This document shows positions 26,888 through 36,447 of a stretch of 44,107 nt of DNA, piece by piece; within the stretch, counting starts at the first letter, position 1, and every line of letters begins with the position of its first letter. The notes under the pieces are model-generated. The model saw only the letters and a list, made by a program, of their open reading frames with translations, was not told the origin of the DNA and did not search any database. The DNA comes from a virus (taxonomy: Duplodnaviria; Caudoviricetes). The stretch is from IMG/VR virus record IMGVR_UViG_3300033565_000060, positions 1-44,107 of that record; one strand, given 5' to 3'. The translations under genes and the position numbers were made by a program.

Positions 26888-27011
26888 ATGTGGTATTTGT
26901 GGATCCGAGTATGATAAAAGCGGATATAAAGATTTTTGCTCAGCTAAATGCTACCAAAGAAATAGATATGAGTCAAAAAAAGTGACGAAACCACAGAAAC
27001 CGGCGGACTAA
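26877..27011 (+). CDS. Small C4 zinc-finger peptide (GTG start assumed)
   Basis: CGICG...FCSAKC motif. Confidence 0.45.
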   Translation: MTNKCGICGSEYDKSGYKDFCSAKCYQRNRYESKKVTKPQKPAD

Positions 27012-27123
27012 TACCGCTTGATTGTTTTGGCGAAACTATCTATATCTCCCCGCATCGGGATCCTGATTACCAACTAGGCTTATATAAGATTTTCCATTTT
27101 CAACAATGTAATAATTCCCTGAT

Positions 27124-27411
27124 ATGAAAAGATATTTCTCAAAAATAACTGCTGATCACTGGAGCGCTAAAAACAAACTACAGGCAGAAGCTAAAGAAAT
27201 TGCCCGCGATATGGAGCGAAGGATCATTATTGAATCAGAAAAGTTAGATTTTACTGTTGAGTTCTTTGACAGGATCGACAAGCTAAATCAAAAATACCAT
27301 CGCTGCAAGCCGCTATATTTAAGCTCATGGGACCGCGAGGATGAAAACGGCACAATACAATATTCAATTTCGGAAGTATTCAGCTTATCCCTTTACCTGG
27401 CTAAAAATTAA
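27124..27411 (+). CDS. Hypothetical protein
   Basis: ORF in the early operon. Confidence 0.6.
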   Translation: MKRYFSKITADHWSAKNKLQAEAKEIARDMERRIIIESEKLDFTVEFFDRIDKLNQKYHRCKPLYLSSWDREDENGTIQYSISEVFSLSLYLAKN

Positions 27412-27423
27412 TGCACCGTAATC

Positions 27424-27690
27424 ATGATGGCTAGACCAAAAGAAGAACAATTTTTTGATGATACTCCTGAACGTCATCCGGTACATTTATTTCTAAGTGA
27501 AAAAGAGGTTGCCATGTATATAGAACTGCTTGAAACGCGGATAAAAAAACATGAAAACCTTTTGAAAAGAGTAGAAGAAACCGTTTACGAAAGCTCTGTT
27601 AAAAAAAGTCTGAAAACAGAAGAGCACAGCAACCAAATAACACTTTTAAAAAACATGTTGGCTGAATTATTAGAGCAATCAGCCTGGTAA
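27424..27690 (+). CDS. Hypothetical protein
   Basis: ORF in the early operon. Confidence 0.6.
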   Translation: MMARPKEEQFFDDTPERHPVHLFLSEKEVAMYIELLETRIKKHENLLKRVEETVYESSVKKSLKTEEHSNQITLLKNMLAELLEQSAW

Positions 27691-27704
27691 ATGAAATATA
27701 AATC

Positions 27705-28406
27705 ATGAACGAATCCCCTATATTATTCAGCACTCCTATGGTGGCGGCCATCATTGCCGGTAATAAAACAATGACTAGGAGAATAGTAAAACCGGAACTA
27801 ACCGATCACTACTTTCAATCATTAGTACTTCATGCTAGCGGTAAATATACATTTTGCCCTAACGTTAACTTGGATCCTAAACCTGATGAGGTTATTGAAG
27901 TAAAATGCAAATACGGAACACCGGGTAACCTGCTTTGGGTAAAAGAATCCTTCTTTGCTTATGGCCAATGGGTGAATGGATTTTCAAAACGCGGATCCCA
28001 AAAATTTAGATTCAAAGATTTAACTGGTACCGATTTCAACTATAAATATCAGGATAATCCTCCCCTTCGCATTAAAACCGGAAGATCAGAAACAATAGGA
28101 TGGTATAAAAGATCATCCCTGTTTATGCCCAAAGCAGCCGCAAGAATCTGGCTTGAGATAACTAATATCAGTGTAGAGCGCCTGCAAAACATAACCAACG
28201 AAGATTCCCTGAAAGAAGGCATTAAAGTAATTGAGCCAAATGAAGCCTATTATGATTACCAGGAATTTGCTGGATCATTTGCCACACCGCGTGGTTCTTT
28301 TTTTTCATTATGGATGAAAATAAACGGGGAAGAATCCTTCAATCAAAACCCCTGGGTTTGGGTAATATCCTTTAAAGTTCTCAGCACCACCGGCCGCCCA
28401 TCCTAA
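27705..28406 (+). CDS. ASCH/PUA-like phage protein
   Basis: 'PILFSTPMVAAIIAGNKTMTRR', 'G.LLWVKE', 'SLFMPK.AARIWLEI....VERLQ.I', 'NPWVWVISF'. Confidence 0.8.
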   Translation: MNESPILFSTPMVAAIIAGNKTMTRRIVKPELTDHYFQSLVLHASGKYTFCPNVNLDPKPDEVIEVKCKYGTPGNLLWVKESFFAYGQWVNGFSKRGSQKFRFKDLTGTDFNYKYQDNPPLRIKTGRSETIGWYKRSSLFMPKAAARIWLEITNISVERLQNITNEDSLKEGIKVIEPNEAYYDYQEFAGSFATPRGSFFSLWMKINGEESFNQNPWVWVISFKVLSTTGRPS

Positions 28407-28442
28407 TCCATTAACCCAAACGCATAACTCCTTTTTACTTCC

Positions 28443-31400
28443 ATGATTCCTACCGAAATTAAAGATCAGATATTACGCGAATCCGAATTAACCAAGGTTA
28501 TCGGCTATTTTATCCCGCTTACCAAAAAAGGCTCTCAAATGGCCGGCGACTGCCCGTCGTGTCTCAAAAAAGATGCATTAAGGATCAATAAAGCCAAACA
28601 GATTTACAAATGCTTTAGCTGCGATTACCATGGCGCATCGGGAGTTCAGTTTGTAATGGACTTTAAAAAGGTTAAATTCCCTGAAGCGTTGAAAATAGTG
28701 GCCGGGCTTTATAACATCGCCATCGACGAAACACCAAAGCCGCGCGGACCGCAGAAACGTGCTGATAAACCTGCCATCGAAACCTTCCGCGATCGCATGA
28801 TGAAAGCCTCAGGGATCAGCGAAGAGGATCAGAAAGCAAAGCAGGTGGATGATGATAAAATTACCATAGTCGATGTTTTCGAATCCGGTACCCGCGATCA
28901 ATATGGCAAGCTGGCCACCGGTGATGATATGATCATCTGGTATTACGATCTCGAAGGGCACCCGGTTATGTTCACCAAGCCCAAATCGAGCAAATCGGAA
29001 CAATTATTCCGCGTTCGCTGGCAAAATCCGGAATTGCACAAGGATAAAGCTGGCAAGCCCATGAAATACAGTTCGCCTTATGGTAGCGGCTCTCATATTT
29101 TCATCCCTCAGCAGCTGCGCGATGCATACAAGGACGGCAGAGTTTTAAAACGACTATTCATTCAGGAAGGCGAAAAAAAGGCACAGAAGGCCTGTATTCA
29201 CGGCCTTATGAGCGTGGGTATCATGGGCATTCAGAACATTGCTTCCGAAGGTCGGCTACCTTACGAACTGGAACTTATTATTCAGCGCTGCAAAATTGAT
29301 GAAGTTATTTTTGTGCTCGACTCCGATTGGGATCAGCTCAGTAACGATCTTAAACCAGGTGACCGGGTTGATAAACGTCCGTACAATTTTTATTATGCCG
29401 TCCGTAATTTCCGCGAGTATTTCAAAACCTTTATTAACCAGGGCATTTACCTCGAAACCTATTTTGCTTACGTAAAACCCAACGAGAAAAACGATAAGGG
29501 CCTCGATGATTTACTGGCTAATACCCTGGCCGGTAACGAACGCGCCTTGCTTGAGGATATCAATTCAACCATTAACGAGAAAAACGGTTCAGGCAAGTAC
29601 ATCCAGCTCAACAAAATCACCACAGTTTCCGATCTCAAGCTACTCGAATTCTGGGAACTGCAAAGCGCCGAATCCTTTTCAACAAAATACAAGGACGAAC
29701 TTATTCATTTGCCCGAATTTTCGATCGGGAAACACAAATGGCGATTCAACGAAGCCGGCAAAATTGAACCGGCTCAGCCACTTGCCGAAGACGAACAGTA
29801 CTGGGAAATCATAGAGCGCGAAGATCGCCTTGGAAACGTACGGCGCGAAATCCACTTCAATTACATGTATGCTTATAATTTCCTTAAACGTCGTGGTTTT
29901 GGCCGCCTCAAAATGGCAAATAGGCAGTTTCAGTTTGCCCGCATCGAAAACAAGGTAGTTGATGTGCTGGAGCCATATCAGATCCGCGACTTTGTAAACG
30001 ATTTTACAAAAGAGATCCTCGAGAAACGCGATCTGGTGGATGTAATGAATATGCTCTACCGGGGTGGTAAATCTTATTTCGGCCCCGACTCACTCGGCCA
30101 GATCGATTTCATGCATCCGCATTTCGAAACTTCGGATAAAAACTACCAGTTATTGTTTTTTCGCGATAAATTCTGGAAGATTACCGCCGATGGAATTGAG
30201 GAGCATCCGCTCAACGAATTGCAGTATAATGTTTGGAAGGAAAATATCAATGATTTCGATGCCAAACTTTTGCCCGAAAACTTTATAAAAGTATCGCGCA
30301 TACAAGAGAAAGATGTAATGGCGCTTCCGGATCCGGATGCAACCAGTATTTTCCTTGGGCAATACGATGTAGTGCCATCGCCCGAAGCTGAGGAATGCCA
30401 TTTTTTAAAGTTTATTTACAATACAGGCGAATTCTTCTGGCGCAAAATCCTCGATGCATACACACGCCGGCCGCTGCCGGTTGACGAACGTTCCATTGGC
30501 GACCGGCTGGAAACAAACCTGCATTTCGTTTCAAAAATGACGGCTATCGGGTACCTGCTGCATAAATACCGCGATAAATCTTGCGAAAAAGCTGTAGTTG
30601 CTATGGATGGACGTATCAGCGAAATTGGCGACAGCAATGGCCGTACAGGTAAATCAATTCTTGGATTTGCCCTGGGTAAGGTAATTGTGCAAACCTACAT
30701 AGCTGCAAAAGCAAAGGATCTTACCGAAGATATCTTCATCTGGGAAGAGGTAAACGAAAAAACGGATAACATATTTCTCGACGACGTTCGTGCCAATGTC
30801 GATTTCGAATTCTTCTTCCCGGTAATCACCGGGAAAATAACCATCAATAGCAAAGGATCCAAGAAATTTACTTTGGCTGAGCGCGATACCCCTAAAATTT
30901 ACATGACAACAAACCATGCCATCAACGGCGACAGCTCCTCATTCAAGGATCGTCAGTTCCAGATTGCATTCGGCGACTACTACAACGATACACACAAACC
31001 GCTTGAAGATTTCGGTGTCAATTTCTTTGATGAATGGGACGAAAAGCAATGGAACCTCTTTTACAACTTTATGGCCCGATGCCTGCAGCTTTATTTTAAA
31101 GCCGCCCGCATGGGTTGGGGCATTAACGGAACCGGACTCATACAAGGACCAATCGAGCGACTGGAGCTCCGGCGCATCCGTCAGTTTATTGGCGAAAGCT
31201 TCCTTACCTGGGCCGATGAATATTATGGATCCGGCGACGATATAGCTACCGAAGATATCCGCAACAATAACATTAACCGCCGCATACAGCGCTCCGAAAT
31301 ATATAACGATTTTCATGACAAAAACCCACAGGAACGCAAGTTTGTAAACCCTTTCAAGTTCAAAAAGAAACTTATCGCCTACTGCAATTTCCGCAAACTA

Positions 31401-31505
31401 CAGTTTAATCCGCATAAGGATCCCATCGAGGGCAAACCAGGCGAAGACAAGTCGGGCGGAATCGAATATTTTACAGTTGCTAATGCAAATTATATCAATT
31501 CATAA
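28443..31505 (+). CDS. Primase-helicase replication protein (zinc finger + TOPRIM + P-loop NTPase)
   Basis: CPSC...KCFSC; 'IQEGEKKA', 'FVLDSD', 'KGLDD'; Walker A 'NGRTGKS', Walker B 'IFLDD', 'MTTNH'. Confidence 0.88.
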   Translation: MIPTEIKDQILRESELTKVIGYFIPLTKKGSQMAGDCPSCLKKDALRINKAKQIYKCFSCDYHGASGVQFVMDFKKVKFPEALKIVAGLYNIAIDETPKPRGPQKRADKPAIETFRDRMMKASGISEEDQKAKQVDDDKITIVDVFESGTRDQYGKLATGDDMIIWYYDLEGHPVMFTKPKSSKSEQLFRVRWQNPELHKDKAGKPMKYSSPYGSGSHIFIPQQLRDAYKDGRVLKRLFIQEGEKKAQKACIHGLMSVGIMGIQNIASEGRLPYELELIIQRCKIDEVIFVLDSDWDQLSNDLKPGDRVDKRPYNFYYAVRNFREYFKTFINQGIYLETYFAYVKPNEKNDKGLDDLLANTLAGNERALLEDINSTINEKNGSGKYIQLNKITTVSDLKLLEFWELQSAESFSTKYKDELIHLPEFSIGKHKWRFNEAGKIEPAQPLAEDEQYWEIIEREDRLGNVRREIHFNYMYAYNFLKRRGFGRLKMANRQFQFARIENKVVDVLEPYQIRDFVNDFTKEILEKRDLVDVMNMLYRGGKSYFGPDSLGQIDFMHPHFETSDKNYQLLFFRDKFWKITADGIEEHPLNELQYNVWKENINDFDAKLLPENFIKVSRIQEKDVMALPDPDATSIFLGQYDVVPSPEAEECHFLKFIYNTGEFFWRKILDAYTRRPLPVDERSIGDRLETNLHFVSKMTAIGYLLHKYRDKSCEKAVVAMDGRISEIGDSNGRTGKSILGFALGKVIVQTYIAAKAKDLTEDIFIWEEVNEKTDNIFLDDVRANVDFEFFFPVITGKITINSKGSKKFTLAERDTPKIYMTTNHAINGDSSSFKDRQFQIAFGDYYNDTHKPLEDFGVNFFDEWDEKQWNLFYNFMARCLQLYFKAARMGWGINGTGLIQGPIERLELRRIRQFIGESFLTWADEYYGSGDDIATEDIRNNNINRRIQRSEIYNDFHDKNPQERKFVNPFKFKKKLIAYCNFRKLQFNPHKDPIEGKPGEDKSGGIEYFTVANANYINS

Positions 31506-31510
31506 AAGCC

Positions 31511-31906
31511 ATGACAGCCATTGCCCAAAAATTTACAGGTCCCGCCATTACCTCAGTACTGGCATTAAGTGTAGTTAAACCCGATCCTGCCCAGCTTGCC
31601 GATCCACGATCGGTGATGTTTACCAATTTAACCGATGCCATAGCCTGGCGCGAAACACTTACCGGTGATCAGCTGGAGTATTTCAATAAAATCGACAGGT
31701 TTATTATAACCATGGAACCCGGCCGTATAGTCGATTTAAAAAAGAAAGTTAAGCCCGAAGACTGGGAACACTTTTTCCATTGCCTGTCATTTTTAATTCT
31801 TGCCTGCGATCTGTTCGGCGATATCTCCTTTAACGATGATTTCACCCTGATGAAACTGAACCATAAATGGGAACCGGTTACTACTTTTCAGCAACACGAC
31901 TTTTGA
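31511..31906 (+). CDS. Hypothetical protein
   Basis: Directly follows the primase-helicase. Confidence 0.65.
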   Translation: MTAIAQKFTGPAITSVLALSVVKPDPAQLADPRSVMFTNLTDAIAWRETLTGDQLEYFNKIDRFIITMEPGRIVDLKKKVKPEDWEHFFHCLSFLILACDLFGDISFNDDFTLMKLNHKWEPVTTFQQHDF

Positions 31907-31916
31907 TTTAACCACA

Positions 31917-32132
31917 GTGAAAAAGCACACACAACCCATCCTGGACAATACACACGTCTGCGAAAAAGTGAGTTACTCGTATGCCGGTGCGCATCGCGCG
32001 CTCAGGATGGCGCTTTCGCCCAACGCTGAAAACTGCAAGCGAAGCAAAAAAATACCAAAGCGCGCATATAAATGCGATGTGTGCGGGACCTGGCACCTCA
32101 CAAAAAAGAAATATAACAATCCCGGAAAATGA
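31917..32132 (+). CDS. Small zinc-ribbon phage protein
   Basis: 'CEKVSY...RAYKCDVCGTWHLT'. Confidence 0.65.
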   Translation: MKKHTQPILDNTHVCEKVSYSYAGAHRALRMALSPNAENCKRSKKIPKRAYKCDVCGTWHLTKKKYNNPGK

Positions 32133-32590
32133 CAGTTGAAACACTCATACATGGCATAATCGACATTAAGGATGGCCGCCTCGATCCTGCAGCTATCATC
32201 GACATGGCTCCAAAACTTATCGATAACCTTATGCTCCTCATTGTGCAGCATAAGCTTCAGCCATTTGTTGGCGACGACTATGTATATATCTGCGGAAAGA
32301 TTACCGGATTACCCAGGGCCGAATATGTGGCCAATTTTAAAGCCGCTGAACAGCGCCTGCGTGGCGCCGGGTACAAATGCATCAATCCCACTACAATAGT
32401 TCCCGAAACATGCTCCTGGAACATGGCAATGCGCCTTTGCATTATGGAGATGATGAAGCATTGCAATAAGATTTACTACCTCGATAACTGGACCGACAAT
32501 TCTAACGGTTCCACAATCGAATATATGCTGGCCAATGGCCTTCACTTCGAAACTATTCAATTGTCAGGCACTTTAAATAAAGCTGTATGA
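32129..32590 (+). CDS. DUF4406 (nucleoside 2-deoxyribosyltransferase-like fold) protein
   Basis: 'VYICGKITGL......F..AE..L...GY..INP...W..AMR.CI...C..IYYL.NW...S.G..IE'. Confidence 0.8.
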   Translation: MTVETLIHGIIDIKDGRLDPAAIIDMAPKLIDNLMLLIVQHKLQPFVGDDYVYICGKITGLPRAEYVANFKAAEQRLRGAGYKCINPTTIVPETCSWNMAMRLCIMEMMKHCNKIYYLDNWTDNSNGSTIEYMLANGLHFETIQLSGTLNKAV

Positions 32591-32715
32591 AAATCGTAAA
32601 AATTATATCCGACAATGTTGATATCGATTATCGCGGTGAAACATCGCGACCGGGATGTTTGTGCCTCCTGGCCGCAATAATCATATTTTGGGCGCTTGTA
32701 ATAATTATGATATAA
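32587..32715 (+). CDS. Small membrane peptide (42 aa, not in the ORF track)
   Basis: Translated by hand (MKIVKII...CLCLLAAIIIFWALVIIMI*); ATGA and TAATG coupling. Confidence 0.5.
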   Translation: MKIVKIISDNVDIDYRGETSRPGCLCLLAAIIIFWALVIIMI

Positions 32716-33050
32716 TGGACATAGCCGACGTATGGTACAGGAATTTTGATGTTGTACCCATCGACGAAACCGAAAAAACACTTCTGGGAGGAGATATAAA
32801 ACCCACACAAAACAATATGGAAGACCAGGCACCTTACCAAAACAGCCAAGGGAATGCTCCAGCTGAGCGTTTTATAAAACCTACTGATGAAGAGATTATT
32901 GAATTTGCCCTGATAGTTAACAAAGGGAAACTGCAAATGAATAAGCTTGCCGATATGGTTAGTTTATGCATAATTATCATTGACAGACTTTACGAAAATG
33001 GAGACATGAGAATCCCAAGCCAACAGGAACTCGATGATGCTGAAGATTAG
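32715..33050 (+). CDS. Hypothetical protein (start moved to ATG 32715)
   Basis: TAATG coupling to the upstream peptide. Confidence 0.55.
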   Translation: MDIADVWYRNFDVVPIDETEKTLLGGDIKPTQNNMEDQAPYQNSQGNAPAERFIKPTDEEIIEFALIVNKGKLQMNKLADMVSLCIIIIDRLYENGDMRIPSQQELDDAED

Positions 33051-33142
33051 CGTTGTGAGCTATGACCAGTATTATTATCATCTAAACGCATTTAAATTAT
33101 TGGCAATAATGCCAAACTAACAAATAAATCAATAAATAAAAA

Positions 33143-33466
33143 ATGGAAACCGAAAACGTAAAATTTGACACATGGGCAGTTGTTGAGCTGTTCGGACACA
33201 ACGTATTATCAGGCAAAGTAACTGAACAGGTTATAGCCGGTCAATCATTTGTAAGAATTGATGTTCCTAAAACAAGTAAATGCCCATCATTTACTAAGTA
33301 CCAACTACCTACATCTGTTTATGGAATGACTCCGGTAGATGAAGATTACGCCACAAGGATGGCTGAAAGAATCCAGGCGCAACCAATTAGCAGTTACGAA
33401 CACAATGAGGTTATTGCTGAAATAATTAAAGAGAAGTTGGCAAACCTTCAATTGCAGTTAAAATAG
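33143..33466 (+). CDS. Conserved phage hypothetical protein
   Basis: 'WAVVELFGH...SGKVTEQ.IAG..FVRIDVP' motif recalled from many phages. Confidence 0.7.
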   Translation: METENVKFDTWAVVELFGHNVLSGKVTEQVIAGQSFVRIDVPKTSKCPSFTKYQLPTSVYGMTPVDEDYATRMAERIQAQPISSYEHNEVIAEIIKEKLANLQLQLK

Positions 33467-33550
33467 CGGATGTGCCGGACTTGAATAACTAAAATAATAT
33501 TATTGGCTATTATTATATAGCTAGGGAGTTATACCCACTTCCCATCACGT

Positions 33551-33577
33551 AAATCCCGCCCTTCAGCGGGATTTTTT
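33551..33577 (+). terminator. Rho-independent terminator ending the early operon
   Basis: AAATCCCGC-ccttca-GCGGGATTT followed by TTT. Confidence 0.75.
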
Positions 33578-33749
33578 AATATATGAGCACGATAGTGCGA
33601 ATACCTTTAAAACTGCGCTCCTGCCGCTCCCATAATCGCCCATCGGGCGATTATTATAAGCAACCGTACTGCGATAGCAGTACACCTTTATTTTTCTTTT
33701 CCTTTAAAAACCCGCTTTTCCCCCGGCACCCCCTTTATATTTTCAAAGA

Positions 33750-34070
33750 ACTTTAGTGCAAGTAAACTTATGAAATTTTATAAATCGCTGATTATTAAGT
33801 ATATATATACTCTTTATTTTATACACTTTTTTTAAAAATAATACTTATTAATATTCTGTAAAAAATTCGTGCTTTCGTACGTACTAATTTTTATATTATA
33901 TATCTTTTTGAACCTTAATTTATTACAAAGGTTCAAAACCGTACTAATTTTGCACTAATCTGCACTTTTCCGTACTAATATCAGGTTTGTGCGCCGCACT
34001 TTTGCACTGTTAATTGATTATCAATATTTTAAAAAAATTTTCGTACTAAAGCACTACCGTACTAAAATTT
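33750..34070. repeat. Putative replication origin with iterons
   Basis: CGTACTAA at 33880, 33940, 33971, 34042 and 34058; TGCACT variants at 33951, 33961 and 34003; inverted copy at 33753; very AT-rich 33775-33860. Confidence 0.65.
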
Positions 34071-34193
34071 TATCGATTCTAACATAGTCCCTCTGTCACT
34101 TCATCATTAATTATTCGCATTCATTATTCAGATATTTATTTTTGGTGTAAAATTTTTAAATCAGGTATTGCATCTTTGCCATATAATTCTTAT

Positions 34194-34697
34194 ATGATGA
34201 GCATTGATTCAGTAACTTACCGAACTGTTAACTTCGAACTCCGAAAACCCTGGTACCTGAATTATCTCAAGTTTGTTTTTGATGCCGATACGGAGCCAAT
34301 AAAAATAAACCGCAGTGAAGCCCTTGGCCAGTTTCTTTTCTCTCGGGTACGTTTTAAGAATTTCCCGGTTCACCTGGAAAAAGACCGCACGTATGTAAAG
34401 CTCATTATGCCGAGCTTTGGAACCGACTCGGGAAGATATAAATTCATGTACTATTCCGATGAGGATGTAGCCAGGATCAGTGACGCCATCGAATCACTTG
34501 CGTACATGGATTCGCGCAGCATGATTTATACCGGAAATATTGACCTGGGGATGAACAAAAAAACTATCATTTCACTCTTCACTATGCTCATTTATGGTGA
34601 CGAAAAATACGAAGCCGTGAAAAAAGATGAGTACCGTAAGCGCAAAAAAAGTGTTTCGTGGCTCTTAAAATCAGCTAAAGAGTTCGGATACATATAG
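34194..34697 (+). CDS. Hypothetical protein, candidate late-transcription activator
   Basis: Lies between the origin and the head operon; basic C-terminal helix 'YEAVKKDEYRKRKK'; function is inference only. Confidence 0.6.
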   Translation: MMSIDSVTYRTVNFELRKPWYLNYLKFVFDADTEPIKINRSEALGQFLFSRVRFKNFPVHLEKDRTYVKLIMPSFGTDSGRYKFMYYSDEDVARISDAIESLAYMDSRSMIYTGNIDLGMNKKTIISLFTMLIYGDEKYEAVKKDEYRKRKKSVSWLLKSAKEFGYI

Positions 34698-34708
34698 TTA
34701 AAAAATAA

Positions 34709-34747
34709 AGCAATGATTTGTCCCTTATATATGGACAAATCATTGCT
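34709..34747. repeat. Perfect 15-bp inverted repeat
   Basis: AGCAATGATTTGTCC-N9-GGACAAATCATTGCT. Confidence 0.85.
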
Positions 34748-34767
34748 AAAAATCAAAAATTACCGCC

Positions 34768-35157
34768 ATGATCATCGTCAAGCTAGAATACAAGTTTTCC
34801 GAAAACGCCGAATATAACAATATCCCCATCAGGCAGAATTCAGGTTTCTTATCCGAAACCTCATCAAAAACTCGGGCAGGTACCATCTTCCTGGCTGAAG
34901 TATCGGCATACATACCGAACATGGATGATTCAAAAACCGGAATTGTCGACACCCTTAACCATAACCCTGCCATTTACCGGGTTCGCGACGCCTCAGGCCA
35001 TTACCACACCATCGGCAACGATCAGGAGAAAGCCCTGTTTACCAGCGTTAAAAAAATCGGGCCTAATCCCGGAGTGGCTTTCGGATGGGATATAAAGATC
35101 ACCTGCCCAACAGTGGCCGGATCGGTGATTTCAGAAATACCGTCCTTTAATAGTTAG
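34768..35157 (+). CDS. Hypothetical protein
   Basis: ORF immediately upstream of the prohead protease. Confidence 0.65.
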   Translation: MIIVKLEYKFSENAEYNNIPIRQNSGFLSETSSKTRAGTIFLAEVSAYIPNMDDSKTGIVDTLNHNPAIYRVRDASGHYHTIGNDQEKALFTSVKKIGPNPGVAFGWDIKITCPTVAGSVISEIPSFNS

Positions 35158-35176
35158 CTACCCGTAAGTAACATTG
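35142..35176 (+). promoter_or_regulatory. Putative late promoter, copy 6 (head operon)
   Basis: GTCCTTT-N20-TAACATTG. Confidence 0.7.
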
Positions 35177-35193
35177 TTGTATAAAATGCAACA

Positions 35194-36444
35194 ATGGTAC
35201 ATCCTCACTTAATTTCGGCTATTCTTAACGAACCCTGGGCAATCTCCCGGGAATATGTTTTAGGAAGTTCGTCATTAATTTCCAGTATTTTCGATTCTAA
35301 AATTGCCTTCGAGCGTGGCGAACCTGCTTTGCCAACTATGCACGATATCATAGCTCGTCGTTCTGCTACCGGAAGTGTAGCTGCATCCCAAAACAACGAT
35401 GTAAAGCATATCCAGGTAATCAACATTACCGGTCCGGTTATGAAACATGATCAGTATTGCGGTCCGGCCGGAATGAAATCTATGGGTGGTTGGATCCAGG
35501 CCGCCGATCGCGATCCGGCTGTGGATGGAATTCTGCTGGTTGTTGATTCACCTGGTGGAACCGTTGCAGGTACCGAAGAGTTGGGTGCCATCATTAAAGG
35601 TACCAAAAAACCGATAGTAGGATTTATCGACGATCTTGCAGCTTCGGCCGGATACTGGCTGGTGAGCAACTGCGACGAAGTTCATGCCAATAACACTACC
35701 GCCCAGGTCGGATCCATCGGCGTAATGTTGACATTTACTGATATTCAGCCGGCTCTCGAAAAGCAAGGCGTCGTATTTCATGTGGTTACAGCTCCGCAGA
35801 GCACTCATAAAACTGAAATGTACGATAAACTTCGGGCTGGTGATTATGAGGAATACCAAAATACAGTTTTGCTTCCGCTTGCCGACAAGTTTATCGATAA
35901 CGTAAAATCCAACCGTCCGAATGCAACTGAAGATCAGTTCACAGGTAAGGTCTTCTTTGCCCAGGATGTTGTTGGTACCCTTATCGACAGCATTTCCTCG
36001 TTCGATCAGGCGCTTCAGCGCGTGGCCGAACTGGCTTCCCTTCCATCAGCCATTTCTAATCCACCCTCAAATACTATGAATAAACCCGAATTGAAGCGGC
36101 TGGAAAAAGCCGCTGCCGTCGATGCTTTCGAAAGCTCCGATGGCTCAATCACGCTAACTGCCGATCAGGCCATAGCGGTTGAAGCTGCTCTAGAAGCTGC
36201 CGAAACGGACGCAGGAAACCTGCAGCTGCAGCTTGATGCTACAAACGATCAGCAACCACGCATCACTGAACTTGAAGGCCAGCTTCAGGAAGCCAATGAG
36301 CGCATTGCCGAACTCTCCGCCGGCGCTGGTGCCGAAACCGCAGCTGCTGTAACCGATAACGATGCTAACGATGTCAATGCCTCGGGCAAAGATTTCTTTA
36401 ACACGTATAACGATCTCGTTGAAACTCACTTTAAAACCAAATAA
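35194..36444 (+). CDS. S49 (SppA/ClpP-like) prohead protease with C-terminal scaffold extension
   Basis: 'DSPGG', 'AASAGYW', 'VGSIGV'; acidic Ala-rich coiled-coil tail. Confidence 0.9.
   Translation: MVHPHLISAILNEPWAISREYVLGSSSLISSIFDSKIAFERGEPALPTMHDIIARRSATGSVAASQNNDVKHIQVINITGPVMKHDQYCGPAGMKSMGGWIQAADRDPAVDGILLVVDSPGGTVAGTEELGAIIKGTKKPIVGFIDDLAASAGYWLVSNCDEVHANNTTAQVGSIGVMLTFTDIQPALEKQGVVFHVVTAPQSTHKTEMYDKLRAGDYEEYQNTVLLPLADKFIDNVKSNRPNATEDQFTGKVFFAQDVVGTLIDSISSFDQALQRVAELASLPSAISNPPSNTMNKPELKRLEKAAAVDAFESSDGSITLTADQAIAVEAALEAAETDAGNLQLQLDATNDQQPRITELEGQLQEANERIAELSAGAGAETAAAVTDNDANDVNASGKDFFNTYNDLVETHFKTK
36076..36444 (+). CDS. Putative nested in-frame scaffold protein
   Basis: In-frame ATG preceded by A-rich 'caaatact', after a Pro/Ser linker; analogous to lambda C/Nu3. 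Confidence 0.45.
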   Translation: MNKPELKRLEKAAAVDAFESSDGSITLTADQAIAVEAALEAAETDAGNLQLQLDATNDQQPRITELEGQLQEANERIAELSAGAGAETAAAVTDNDANDVNASGKDFFNTYNDLVETHFKTK

Positions 36445-36447
36445 ACC

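Noticed and set aside
26820-27011. Programmed -1 frameshift fusing the 26585 ORF to the zinc finger at AAAAAAC (26844-26850)
   Set aside because: The zinc finger is in the +1 frame and the heptamer is out of phase; an independent GTG start at 26877 is simpler
33750-34070. CRISPR or mini-array
   Set aside because: Repeats are 6-8 bp with irregular short spacing and no cas genes are present; they fit iterons better
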